NCBI GenBank assembly: GCA_030646995.1
Contig: JAUSKF010000002.1
Span: 12,092-76,091, forward strand
Reading direction: 5' to 3'
Source: a bacterium
GTDB taxonomy: Bacteria; Patescibacteriota; Minisyncoccia; UBA6257; WO2-44-18
Length of the DNA: 64,000 bases
The position numbers and the translations under genes were made by a program. This document shows positions 8,989 to 18,117 of this stretch, piece by piece; position 1 is the stretch's first letter; each line of letters opens with the position of its first letter. The notes under the pieces were generated by a model that was given only the letters and a program-made list of their open reading frames with translations, did no database searches and had not been told where the DNA came from.

Positions 8989-9058
8989 GGATTATTTTTA
9001 AAATTTGAATTTCGTCGACCTTATAAGTTTATTATACCATCAAACCCTCTTCTGTTAT

Positions 9059-9084
9059 TGTAATAACTGACGGCAAAGGCCGTC
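9059..9084 (+). promoter_or_regulatory. Putative ECF-sigma autoregulatory promoter
   Basis: TGTAA-N17-CGTC ending 7 nt before the sigma ATG; identical geometry at 9692-9717. Confidence 0.6.
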
Positions 9085-9091
9085 ATAGATA

Positions 9092-9598
9092 ATGAAATTG
9101 GAGGATCAATTCATAAAATTATACGACGATTTATCCGACGCAATTTTCCGGCATTGCTACTTTCGCGTATTTGAAAAGGAGCGCGCAAAGGAGCTGATGC
9201 AGGAGGTGTTCATCAAAACTTGGGAATATATGAAAAAAGGAGGGAAGATTGATAATCCTAAGGCCTTTCTCTATAAATCGGCGAATAACATAGTAATTGA
9301 TGAATCCCGTAAGAAAAAGGCGGCTTCGCTGGAGGCGATGGAAGAAACAGGATTTAATCCGGCCGATAACACTCACGAACGGCTGCTAAAATTTATCGAG
9401 GGCGGGGAGATGATCCGGCTTTTAAGAAAATTGGAGCCGAAGCACCGGCAGGCAATTTCAATGAAATATATAGACGACCTAGATATTAAAGAGATTGCGG
9501 AGGTGCTCGGAGAAACGGAAAATAACATCACCGTCCGAATCCATCGAGGCTTGAATCAGATAAGAGAAATTCTAAAAGAAAATGGAACAGAAATTTAA
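9092..9598 (+). CDS. ECF RNA polymerase sigma factor
   Basis: Region 2 (QEVFIKTW, AFLYKSANN..ID..RK) and region 4 HTH (IKEIAEVLG....VRIHRG). Confidence 0.92.
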   Translation: MKLEDQFIKLYDDLSDAIFRHCYFRVFEKERAKELMQEVFIKTWEYMKKGGKIDNPKAFLYKSANNIVIDESRKKKAASLEAMEETGFNPADNTHERLLKFIEGGEMIRLLRKLEPKHRQAISMKYIDDLDIKEIAEVLGETENNITVRIHRGLNQIREILKENGTEI

Positions 9599-10412
9599 CG
9601 AAATAATTAAAAAAGCGAAAGAAATCCGGATGAAACCGGAAGAAAAATCCGATTTACGGGCGCGTCTTTATGCTGTGGCAAAAGGCGAAGCTGTAATGAG
9701 CGAGCCGGTTAGCCGTCAGGCCAATCAAAGGTCAGTAATTTTTAGATTTTTAAAACCCATGCCAATGTTTGCATCTTTGATGATTGCGCTGTTAGCCGGG
9801 GGAGGGGTCTCTTTCGCATCCGAAAATTCTTTACCGGGGGATATTTTATATCCGATTAAAGTGGGTATTAACGAGGAAATCCGCGCCAAGATCACCCTGT
9901 CCGCCGAAGCAAAGGCTGATTGGGAGGTCCGCAGAGCAGAGCGGAGACTTGAGGAGGCGGAAAAATTGTCCAACAATGGTGAGTTGGATGAGGAAAAGAA
10001 GGCCATAGTGGAAGCTAGATTTGAACAACACGCGGCTAAGGCAGGCCAGCAAGCGGAAAAAAGTGAGGAGCGTGCCTTGGTTAAAGCCAAAGCGAAATCT
10101 CTCGTGAAACTTGAAGCAGTGCTACAAAAGCACGGCCGAATTTTATCCCGTTTAGCAGAAAAAGACTCCATACAGGCCGCGGCTTCCATGAGAGTTGCCG
10201 CTGATGCAGATGTTCAAGCGGAAGCTCCAGTTCAGATTACCGATGACCAAGGTTCACAGGCGGTTCAAAATAAGATTGAGGAAGTTTCAAAATTTTTCTC
10301 CGCTGAAACCAGGGTGCCTGAAGAGTTCAAGGAAGAAATTCGCTATGAGGTAAAATCACTGCTTATACCGAAAAGGATTGAATCGAAAATTAAAGCGGGA
10401 ATAGAGTTGTAA
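9582..10412 (+). CDS. DUF5667-like membrane-anchored helical protein, candidate anti-sigma factor
   Basis: Overlaps the sigma stop; TM followed by SLPGDILYPIK..NE and RRLEEA. Confidence 0.75.
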   Translation: MEQKFNEIIKKAKEIRMKPEEKSDLRARLYAVAKGEAVMSEPVSRQANQRSVIFRFLKPMPMFASLMIALLAGGGVSFASENSLPGDILYPIKVGINEEIRAKITLSAEAKADWEVRRAERRLEEAEKLSNNGELDEEKKAIVEARFEQHAAKAGQQAEKSEERALVKAKAKSLVKLEAVLQKHGRILSRLAEKDSIQAAASMRVAADADVQAEAPVQITDDQGSQAVQNKIEEVSKFFSAETRVPEEFKEEIRYEVKSLLIPKRIESKIKAGIEL

Positions 10413-10437
10413 GGGCGCTGCGTGCTATAATCAGGTG

Positions 10438-10929
10438 ATGGTCAAGCATATTATTATTGCTTTGATGACGATTACTGTTGTGAATTGTGGCTCCGGGTTA
10501 GCTCTAGCTCATGGTTCCTTTGAATTGCCACTGGCTGGGTTAACTCCCTCTAATTTTTTCTATTTTCTCGATAGATTAGGCGAAACTCTTAGGGAGATTT
10601 TTGCTTTTAGTCCCGAAGCTAAAGTGAAATTACAGTTAAGCTTTGCCGCCGAACGGGTGGCGGAGCTGGAGTTAGAATTGGAGACGAATGGCGTAGAAGC
10701 AAAGGGCCTTGAGATAGCTCGCAATCGTCTTGCAGAACACATAGTGAGGGGCAATGAAATTATTCACGCAGAAATCGTGAAGGGGAGTGATATGGAAATG
10801 ATTTCTGAGGATTTTGACCATGATCTGAAAGAGCTCCTACAAAGAGCTGAGGAAGGTTCTGATGATTTAACCGCTGAGATAGAAAAAATGGAAGAGTTGT
10901 TGATGATTGAAGACGAGGGGCAAAAATAA
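10438..10929 (+). CDS. DUF5667-like secreted protein
   Basis: Signal peptide, GLTPSNFFYFLDRLGE, AAERVAE. Confidence 0.7.
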   Translation: MVKHIIIALMTITVVNCGSGLALAHGSFELPLAGLTPSNFFYFLDRLGETLREIFAFSPEAKVKLQLSFAAERVAELELELETNGVEAKGLEIARNRLAEHIVRGNEIIHAEIVKGSDMEMISEDFDHDLKELLQRAEEGSDDLTAEIEKMEELLMIEDEGQK

Positions 10930-10968
10930 TATAGTATTTAGGTAAAAAAATCCCCTCAAATTAGGGGA

Positions 10969-11042
10969 TGGGCCCGGAGGGAATCGAACCCTCAACCCGC
11001 AGATTATGAGTCCGCTGCTCTGACCTTTTGAGCTACGGGCCT
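10969..11042 (-). tRNA. tRNA with CAT anticodon (probably Ile2, otherwise elongator Met)
   Basis: Cloverleaf, loop CTCATAA, GTTCGATT; lacks the three G-C pairs of the initiator anticodon stem; A1:C72 mismatch. Confidence 0.85.
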
Positions 11043-11057
11043 ACATATTAAGAAGCA

Positions 11058-11127
11058 TGGGCGCAGTGGGAGTTGAACCCACATCTCCGGTGTACGACCG
11101 GATCCTGATAAGTTGGAAGATGCACCC
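11058..11127 (-). other. Non-canonical tRNA-like element (nominal anticodon GTA)
   Basis: Acceptor GGGTGCA/TGCGCCC-A and T-arm GTGGG-TTCAACT-CCCAC intact; D-loop lacks GG; anticodon loop TCGTACA. Confidence 0.65.
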
Positions 11128-11177
11128 ACGCTATGAGGGATTATAGCATAAGGGAAACACTAAGTCAATGATACGTG

Positions 11178-11211
11178 GTACCAGACTTATAAAAAATAAA
11201 TAGAATGGTAA
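11178..11211 (+). repeat. 34-bp TACCA-N22-TGGTA element
   Basis: GTACCAGACTTATAAAAAATAAATAGAATGGTAA matches the copies at 48965-49075. Confidence 0.75.
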
Positions 11212-12392
11212 GAAAAAGAATAATTCTGCTGGGCTTATTTTTGGGGATTGCCGCCGCTATTGTGGTTGCCCAAATTAAACCGGCCGGCCTTATCTTGGAT
11301 CCCTTACAAACAATTCGAATTTCTATCCCGACCGGAGCAACATTCATAGACGCAATGCGTTACCTGGGCGTAGCGACTTCTACCTCTCAATCTATTTTGA
11401 ATTCCGCTCAAGATAAATATAATCTGGCAAAGATTGTGAGCGGCCGGGAGCTGGCCCTTTCCTTCGATGTATTTTCCGGAGATTTAAAGAAAATGGTTTA
11501 TAAAATAGACGTTGATAATCAGTTAATCGTTGAAGACGCAGACTCGGAAGCTGATCCAGAAAATAAGTGGGGGGCAAAAGTTGAACCGATACCTTATGAA
11601 GTACGAGAGCGGTCAGGAGGAGGAGTAATTTCGAAATCATTATATCAAACCATTGTCAGCCAGGGCTTAGATGAGCGTTTAGCGCTGGCGCTAGCGGAGG
11701 CCTTTGCTTGGCAGATAGATTTTGCCACAGATATTCAAGAAGACGACAGTTTCAAAGTTGTCTACGAAGAGCGCTATCTGGATGGAAGATATGTCATGCC
11801 GGGAAGGATCATGGCGGCGAGCTTTATCAATGCGGGCGAATCCTTCAAGGGATATTATTTTGAGGGAACTGAGAAAACTCGCGCCGGTCATTATGATGAG
11901 AACGGCGGGGCTCTGCAGAAAGAATTTTTAAAATCTCCGCTTCAGTATAAATATATCAGCTCCGGATACTCTTTGGCGCGCTATAATCCGATTACCAAAA
12001 AAACATCACCGCATCGCGGCATTGATTATGCCGCTCCATCCGGCACACCCGCGGTTTCCGTTGGCGACGGCACAGTTACCCAGGCCGGCTGGAATGGTTA
12101 CTACGGGATTTCGGTTACTGTACGTCATAACGACACGTATAAAACGGTCTATGGTCATTTTTCTCGCCTAGCCAAGGGGATTAAGGTTGGCGCGAAAGTG
12201 AGTCAGGGTCAGGTTGTCGGCTATGTGGGCTCAACCGGGCTTTCCACAGGCCCCCACCTGCATTATGAAATGCATAAATTCAGTTCTTATGTGAATCCTT
12301 TCAAGGTAGAAATTCCACCGGGCGATCCGGTGAACGAGATGGATCGCGCAGCTTTTGAAAAAGTTGTAAGTAAATATTCGGGAAGCATATAA
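11205..12392 (+). CDS. M23 family peptidoglycan endopeptidase (MepM-like)
   Basis: HRGID, YGH, STGPHLHYE; N-terminal TM. Confidence 0.92.
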   Translation: MVRKRIILLGLFLGIAAAIVVAQIKPAGLILDPLQTIRISIPTGATFIDAMRYLGVATSTSQSILNSAQDKYNLAKIVSGRELALSFDVFSGDLKKMVYKIDVDNQLIVEDADSEADPENKWGAKVEPIPYEVRERSGGGVISKSLYQTIVSQGLDERLALALAEAFAWQIDFATDIQEDDSFKVVYEERYLDGRYVMPGRIMAASFINAGESFKGYYFEGTEKTRAGHYDENGGALQKEFLKSPLQYKYISSGYSLARYNPITKKTSPHRGIDYAAPSGTPAVSVGDGTVTQAGWNGYYGISVTVRHNDTYKTVYGHFSRLAKGIKVGAKVSQGQVVGYVGSTGLSTGPHLHYEMHKFSSYVNPFKVEIPPGDPVNEMDRAAFEKVVSKYSGSI

Positions 12393-12411
12393 AAACCGCC
12401 GAAGCGGCGGT

Positions 12412-12849
12412 TTAGTTACGGGTTTTTTCCAATTGGATCACTATGTCTTTTGCCAAAGCGTCGATAGAATCGTAGATCTTATGAGCCAACCGATGCTCCC
12501 AGGGTACAAAAACGATGTCTTGGCACAATGCCTGAGAGATGCTAATTGGCTTCTTGGGCAATCCGGCATCGCTGAGTCGGTCGTCTCTTAGCAGATCAAC
12601 TCTTAACGTCACTATGGGTATCGAACAAGCGGCCCCCTGTGCCTTACCTTTTTTGCCCGCATTTGCCAGGGGATCTCCAATATTCATTCTGGCCTGCCAA
12701 ACCAGTCGTTCCCAGTCAAACTTAAATGGAAAAGCCTTCTCGACTTTTCCGGCCAGCTCCAACCAACGGTCCATAAACAAAGGAAATTCTACTCTGCTCG
12801 GTGGATGTTCGCTCGGTTCAAAATCAACTAAGAGTCTCGTTCGAAACAT
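12412..12849 (-). CDS. Hypothetical protein
   Basis: 145-aa ORF with AAGGAGG RBS, ends in a shared terminator. Confidence 0.6.
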   Translation of the reverse strand: MFRTRLLVDFEPSEHPPSRVEFPLFMDRWLELAGKVEKAFPFKFDWERLVWQARMNIGDPLANAGKKGKAQGAACSIPIVTLRVDLLRDDRLSDAGLPKKPISISQALCQDIVFVPWEHRLAHKIYDSIDALAKDIVIQLEKTRN

Positions 12850-12893
12850 TCAAACCTCCTTGAGTGAGCTGTGTATTTTATAGCATAGATACT

Positions 12894-13640
12894 TTATTTT
12901 GCAAAAGGCCGGTTGAAAAAGATTACCCAGACAAAATTCAGAAAATAGCGGCTGACAGTAGCAAAGTAACCATTTTTCTTAAACCGGCGCGCCGAAGACA
13001 GGGTGACTAATTTATGAGTAAATAGAACCTTGCCAATCTTGCGTAGCTGTTTTCCTGTATTCACGTCATCACCATAAAAAACATAGTTGATGTCCAAGCC
13101 GCCGATCCTTTGCAGAGCGGAGCGCCAAACTGCTAAATTGCCCCCTTGCACTACGCTGCCTTTTCGGAGGATGTAATGCACCAGCCAATAGACCGGGTAG
13201 GCGACCAGCAAAAAGCCGTAGAGAGTGAACCAACGGCCGATTGGACCAACGTCGCGATAGCGGTAAACTCCGGCAACAGCGACAACTCCCGGCTGCGTAA
13301 GATAACTTAAAGCCACTTCGCTCCAATTTTCCGCAAGCCAATTGTCAGCATCGATGAACGCTAAGATGTCGCCCGTGGCGACATCCACCCCACGCTGACG
13401 GGTCCGGTTGGTTCCCGACACCGTTTCCTTAAGAACTTTCACTTTGGGATACCTGGCGGCAACCTCCGATGTGCGGTCAATGCTGTTGTTGTCTACCACA
13501 ATTATTTCTTTGACCAAATCGGCGGGCTGTTTTAAGATGTGCTCAATAGTTGATCCGATGTAGGCCTCTTCGTTCTTGGCGGGTATAATAAAAGATATGC
13601 CCGGTGCTAAAACTTTCACTGTGCTATTGTTTGTTTGCAT
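12894..13640 (-). CDS. Glycosyltransferase family 2
   Basis: SFIIPAKNEE, VVDNNS.D, FIDAD, SARR. Confidence 0.92.
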   Translation of the reverse strand: MQTNNSTVKVLAPGISFIIPAKNEEAYIGSTIEHILKQPADLVKEIIVVDNNSIDRTSEVAARYPKVKVLKETVSGTNRTRQRGVDVATGDILAFIDADNWLAENWSEVALSYLTQPGVVAVAGVYRYRDVGPIGRWFTLYGFLLVAYPVYWLVHYILRKGSVVQGGNLAVWRSALQRIGGLDINYVFYGDDVNTGKQLRKIGKVLFTHKLVTLSSARRFKKNGYFATVSRYFLNFVWVIFFNRPFAK

Positions 13641-13700
13641 AACTTAATTTATAGAATTTGTGATGAATAAGAAAATGATAAAAATATTTTAGCACCGGGT

Positions 13701-14018
13701 ATGTTCATAAAATTATTTCTGGCTGTGCCGTTTATATTACTGGCGTTTGCCGTTGCTTTATTTTACATTCATTTTGGCGGATCAGGCAATCTGCTGGTGG
13801 TTAGACTAGACAGCGTTCGAGGAATAAATTTTATCAGCCAAGTTGGTGAAGTTTGGGGGACGTTAGCAGTTGTTTTGGCGATCAATGTAGTGAATTTTTT
13901 GCTGACTTTAGGATTGTTAAAAAGAGATAGAAAAATAGCTGTTTTGCTCCCATTTACCAGCACCCTCATCAGCCTGTTGATTTTAATTTATATTTCGGTT
14001 ATAGTATCTGTTAATTAG
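13701..14018 (+). CDS. Hypothetical three-TM protein
   Basis: Hydrophobic ORF directly upstream of rplU. Confidence 0.65.
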   Translation: MFIKLFLAVPFILLAFAVALFYIHFGGSGNLLVVRLDSVRGINFISQVGEVWGTLAVVLAINVVNFLLTLGLLKRDRKIAVLLPFTSTLISLLILIYISVIVSVN

Positions 14019-14020
14019 AT

Positions 14021-14329
14021 ATGTTCGCAGTAATAGAAACCGGAGGAAAGCAATATAAGGTTGCAGCCGGGCAAAAACTTAAGATTGAAAAATTAGAATC
14101 TCCGGTAGGGGATAATTTAGCTTTCGATAAAGTTTTGTTAGTAGCGGACGGTGAGAATGTAAAAATCGGCGCTCCTTATGTTGCGGACGCTAAAGTAGAA
14201 GCGAAAATTCTCCGCCAAGGACACGCTAAAACGGTGATTGTATTTAAATACAGCTCCAAGACCCGTTTCCGTAAGAAGAAGGGCCATCGCCAGAAGTTCA
14301 CTGAAGTAGAGATTACCGGCATTAAATAA
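14021..14329 (+). CDS. rplU: 50S ribosomal protein L21
   Basis: MFAVIETGGKQYKV...KKGHRQ.FT. Confidence 0.97.
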   Translation: MFAVIETGGKQYKVAAGQKLKIEKLESPVGDNLAFDKVLLVADGENVKIGAPYVADAKVEAKILRQGHAKTVIVFKYSSKTRFRKKKGHRQKFTEVEITGIK

Positions 14330-14330
14330 A

Positions 14331-14355
14331 AAAGCCCCCGATTTTAGGGGGCTTT
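14331..14355. terminator. Hairpin terminator between convergent genes
   Basis: AAAGCCCCC-GATTTTA-GGGGGCTTT. Confidence 0.7.
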
Positions 14356-14386
14356 GCCGCTAACTGCGGTTTTTTCCGTGTCCTCC

Positions 14387-14671
14387 TCAACAATGGCCAG
14401 GATCTTCTTCGCAGCCATTCTCTTGCCCTGCTGGCGGGGGAGTCGGGAGCTTACCTTCTTCTTCGGTCATCGTGAGGTTGTGGTGGAAGATGCCTCCTAC
14501 AATCATGAGACTCGTTCCTCCAATCAGAAAAATGCTAAGTACCCACGCCGGTCGATCTCCAATCACTGCCATTGTCAGTCCGGCTATCCAAATAATTCCT
14601 CCAAAAACCATCATCATTGCGGCAATCATTGCCATTCCGGACACCTTCATCGGCTGCTCTTCCGGATTCAT
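14387..14671 (-). CDS. Hypothetical two-TM protein
   Basis: AAGGAGG RBS; two hydrophobic helices. Confidence 0.6.
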   Translation of the reverse strand: MNPEEQPMKVSGMAMIAAMMMVFGGIIWIAGLTMAVIGDRPAWVLSIFLIGGTSLMIVGGIFHHNLTMTEEEGKLPTPPPAGQENGCEEDPGHC

Positions 14672-14715
14672 AAGACCCTCCTTATTTGGGGTTTCTGCCT
14701 TGGATTATATCAAAA

Positions 14716-15285
14716 TTATGACCTATTGTCAATTGCGCTGGCCAGGGTTTCTTCGTCGGCAAATTCAATTTCTCCGCCCGTGGGGATGCCCCGGCCAAGA
14801 CGAGTTATTTTTCCAACGGTTTCTTTGAGCTCTTGGGCAATCAGGGAGGCGTTGATGTCGCCGTAAGTAGTCGGATTCATCGCTAAAATTGCTTCCTCTG
14901 CGGAGTTAATTGTCCTCAAGCGCAGCTTTTGCATACTGGTAAGAAAGCCGTCCTTTTTGAGTTCTCCCAAAACCAAATACCTTCCGTCAAACTTTTTAGC
15001 TTTTTCCAAAGAAATCAAATCCGTTTCTTTTTCCACGATTGCCACTAAGTCTTTCCGGCGGTTTGGATTAGAGCAGATGGCGCAAATTTCAGAATCCGGA
15101 GTAGTGGCAAAGCAAAATGAGCAGACCGCCAATGAGTTTAAGCCGCTGACCGCCTGCGCCAACTCCAGCACGTCCGCCCTTCCCTGATTTGCCAGATAAA
15201 AAGCTAAACGGGTAGCTTGGCGAGGTCCGATGCCCGGAAGCTTCGCTACTGCTTCAACGAATTTTTTAATAGGCTCCGGTACCAT
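14716..15285 (-). CDS. recR: Recombination protein RecR
   Basis: LPGIGPRQA.RLA HhH, C4 zinc finger, TOPRIM, GIPTGGEIEFADEETL. Confidence 0.95.
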   Translation of the reverse strand: MVPEPIKKFVEAVAKLPGIGPRQATRLAFYLANQGRADVLELAQAVSGLNSLAVCSFCFATTPDSEICAICSNPNRRKDLVAIVEKETDLISLEKAKKFDGRYLVLGELKKDGFLTSMQKLRLRTINSAEEAILAMNPTTYGDINASLIAQELKETVGKITRLGRGIPTGGEIEFADEETLASAIDNRS

Positions 15286-15325
15286 TGTAGGATATTTTTA
15301 TTATTTAAATATTTAAACGTTTAAA
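15283..15325 (-). promoter_or_regulatory. 43-bp shared leader element (recR copy)
   Basis: TTTAAACGTTTAAATATTTAAATAATAAAAATATCCTACAATG; 1 mismatch to the groEL leader. Confidence 0.8.
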
Positions 15326-16685
15326 CCTCGGTCGGGCTGACATGAGCTTTATCGATATTTTTAAAGCTGGCTTTTTCTTGGTCGAATCTCAACTCTACCG
15401 CTCCCGTAGGTCCGTTGCGGTGTTTAGCAATAATGACCTGGGCGATATTTTGCTCTTCCGGAGACGGGTTGGCTTTCGTTTTATCCTCGCGATAAAGAAG
15501 CAGTACGATATCCGCGTCCTGTTCGATAGAGCCGGACTCCCGAAGGTCGGCCAGGCGGGGGACTTTACTGTCCCGTTGTTCAACGCCGCGAGATAACTGG
15601 GACAAAGCCAGAATTGGCACATTTAATTCCCGGCCCAGCGCCTTCAGGTTGCGGGAGATTTCTGTAATTTGGTGGACCATATTATCGGAGTGGGTGCGGG
15701 GCTGGATTAACTGCAGATAGTCCACAATCAGCAGACTTAATCCGTGCTCGGCTTGCAGGCGGCGCGCCATTGAGCGCATCTGCAGAATATTCGGAGAAGC
15801 AGTGTCGTCAACGAAGATCGGGGCCTTGGAGAGTTTATCCAAAGCTTCCTGGATCAGCTGGAAGTCGGAATCATCCATTTGTTTCCCGGTGCGTAATTTC
15901 CAAAGTGACACTTCGGATTCGGCGGAGATCAGACGATCAATAACCTGATCCTTGGACATTTCCAGGGAAAAAATACCCACCGGCTTTTGTTCATGGATAC
16001 CGACATGGCGGGCGATATCCAAAGCCAGAGAAGTTTTACCCAAAGACGGGCGGGCGCCGAGGATTATCAGGTCGGAATTGCGCAGTCCGGATAATTTCTG
16101 GTCTAATCCGTAGAAGCCGGTACTCAAACCACCCAGGATCTTTTCGCCACTGTGCAATTTAGCCATTCGTTCGTAAGCTTTCGGCAGTTCTTCGTGGATT
16201 CGGACGAACTTTTGCGGAACGGACCGCTGGGAAATTGAAAAGATTTTTTGCTCAATACTGTCCATCGCCTCCTCAATATCACCTTCCGGATTAAAAGCTT
16301 TTTCAGCAATCTCCGCGGAGGCGCGAATCATATCCCGCAAAATCTTTTTTTCTTTTACGATTTGCGCGTAATGAGCAATGTTGGAGGCGGTCGTAACGCC
16401 GTCCAGCAGGTTACTTAAATAGGTTGACCCGCCGATTTCTTTTAGAAGCCCCTTTTCTTTTAATTCGTTGGAGACGGTGGAAATATCGATTGGTTGGTGC
16501 TTTTCATAAAGACTAAAAATCGCCTCATAGATTTTGGCGTTGCCGGGGTGATAAAAATCAATATGAGACAGCGTATCCGCTACCTGAATAATCGAGCTTT
16601 TGTCGATCATCAAAGATCCGAGCACGGAATTTTCCGCCTCGATGCTTTGTGGAGGCAATTTAAGTTGTGATTTTCCCGAGGGCAT
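15321..16685 (-). CDS. dnaB: Replicative DNA helicase
   Basis: PPQSIEAE, GARPSLGKT, VDYLQL, LRESGSIEQDAD, KHRNGPTG. Confidence 0.97.
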   Translation of the reverse strand: MPSGKSQLKLPPQSIEAENSVLGSLMIDKSSIIQVADTLSHIDFYHPGNAKIYEAIFSLYEKHQPIDISTVSNELKEKGLLKEIGGSTYLSNLLDGVTTASNIAHYAQIVKEKKILRDMIRASAEIAEKAFNPEGDIEEAMDSIEQKIFSISQRSVPQKFVRIHEELPKAYERMAKLHSGEKILGGLSTGFYGLDQKLSGLRNSDLIILGARPSLGKTSLALDIARHVGIHEQKPVGIFSLEMSKDQVIDRLISAESEVSLWKLRTGKQMDDSDFQLIQEALDKLSKAPIFVDDTASPNILQMRSMARRLQAEHGLSLLIVDYLQLIQPRTHSDNMVHQITEISRNLKALGRELNVPILALSQLSRGVEQRDSKVPRLADLRESGSIEQDADIVLLLYREDKTKANPSPEEQNIAQVIIAKHRNGPTGAVELRFDQEKASFKNIDKAHVSPTEV

Positions 16686-18065
16686 TTATTTTTTTAGAAT
16701 CAGCGGACCGACTGGTGTGTCGTCTACTATGTATCCTAGCTCTTCCACTTCTTTCCGCAAGACATCAGCAGGAACAAACTGTTGATTATTTCTTAATAAC
16801 ATTCTTTGCTTCACCAGTCCCCGTATTTTAAAGGGAATATGAGGAAATTTCAGCTCAACTCCGAGCGTCTGCAGTCTCGCCAGGAGCCAATCGGCCACCA
16901 TCTCCGCTTCTTTTTGGGACAAGCTCCAGATTTCCGGATTAACGGCGTTCACTACACCAAACAAAGCGGCTAAAGCTTCAGGAGTATTGAAGTCGTCGGC
17001 CATAGCTGCATGAAAAACAGCTTCGGATTTTTTAAGCAGGGCTGCAATGTCCAGTTTGCCGGATTCTTTTTTTCTAACTAGTCGTAATTTTCCGATGAAC
17101 TGGCGTAAATTGGAAATAGAATTTTTTGTCTGCTCAGCTAATTTATCGGAGTAATCGAGAGGGGAGCGATAATGATGGCTGACCACCAGATATCGGAAAA
17201 GGGTGGGGGAGTGGGTTTTTAAAAAGTCGCGGATAGTGATGAAATTTCCCGCGCTCTTCGCCATCTTGGCGCCGTTTACCAAAAGATGCCCAGCATGCAT
17301 CCAAAGTTTCACCATCGGTTTTTTACCGGAAGCCGATTCCTGCTGGGCTATCTCCGCTTCGTGATGAGGAAATTTCAAATCGATACCGCCGCCGTGGATG
17401 TCATATTGCGGGCCGAAGAAATATTCAGTGATTGCCGTATCTTCAATATGCCAGCCGGGCCTTCCGGATCCCAGAGGGGTTTTCCAGCTCGGCTCTCCCT
17501 GCTTCTCGAATTTCCAGAGGCAGAAATCTCCTTTGTTGCGTTTATTTATCGCGTCATCAATTCTGGAAACCGAATCCTCGGCCTGCTCTAGTGTGCGATG
17601 GGATAATTTCCCGTAATCCGGAAATTTTGAAATATCAAAATAATATCCTTCGCTTTCAATCTTATAGGCGACTCCTTTATCAATCAAAGCTTGAATCTGT
17701 TTAACAATTTGCCTGATGTAGCTGGTAGCTTTAGCGTATTTATTGACCGAATCCACTCGCAGCTCCTTCATATCCTGCTTGTAGGCTTTGGTATAAAAAT
17801 TAGCGATTGTTTCCGGATATTTTTTCTCTTCCTTGGCGCGGTTGATTATTTTATCATCAATGTCAGTGATGTTTTGTAAATAAAAAACTTTTATCTTTTG
17901 CGAGCGCAGATAGCGGATTATGGAATCAAAAGCGGCATAAGTACGGCCGTTGCCGATATGCGCCAAGTCGTAAACGGTCGGCCCGCAGACGAACAGCTTT
18001 AATTTACCGCTCTCCGGAATCAGGAGCGGTTTTTTTTCACCGGACAAGGTATCAAAAATTATCAC
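16686..18065 (-). CDS. cysS: Cysteinyl-tRNA synthetase
   Basis: CGPTVY..AHIGN, GRPGWHIE, DIHGGG.DL.FPHHE, KMAKS. Confidence 0.96.
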   Translation of the reverse strand: MIIFDTLSGEKKPLLIPESGKLKLFVCGPTVYDLAHIGNGRTYAAFDSIIRYLRSQKIKVFYLQNITDIDDKIINRAKEEKKYPETIANFYTKAYKQDMKELRVDSVNKYAKATSYIRQIVKQIQALIDKGVAYKIESEGYYFDISKFPDYGKLSHRTLEQAEDSVSRIDDAINKRNKGDFCLWKFEKQGEPSWKTPLGSGRPGWHIEDTAITEYFFGPQYDIHGGGIDLKFPHHEAEIAQQESASGKKPMVKLWMHAGHLLVNGAKMAKSAGNFITIRDFLKTHSPTLFRYLVVSHHYRSPLDYSDKLAEQTKNSISNLRQFIGKLRLVRKKESGKLDIAALLKKSEAVFHAAMADDFNTPEALAALFGVVNAVNPEIWSLSQKEAEMVADWLLARLQTLGVELKFPHIPFKIRGLVKQRMLLRNNQQFVPADVLRKEVEELGYIVDDTPVGPLILKK

Positions 18066-18117
18066 CCTTTTTATTTAAATATTTAAATTTTTAAACATTG
18101 CAATATTGCGCTTCGCG

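Noticed and set aside
10969-11042. Initiator tRNA-fMet
   Set aside because: It has a 1:72 mismatch but lacks the three consecutive G-C pairs in the anticodon stem
15321-16685. Intein in DnaB
   Set aside because: Normal length of 454 aa with contiguous motifs
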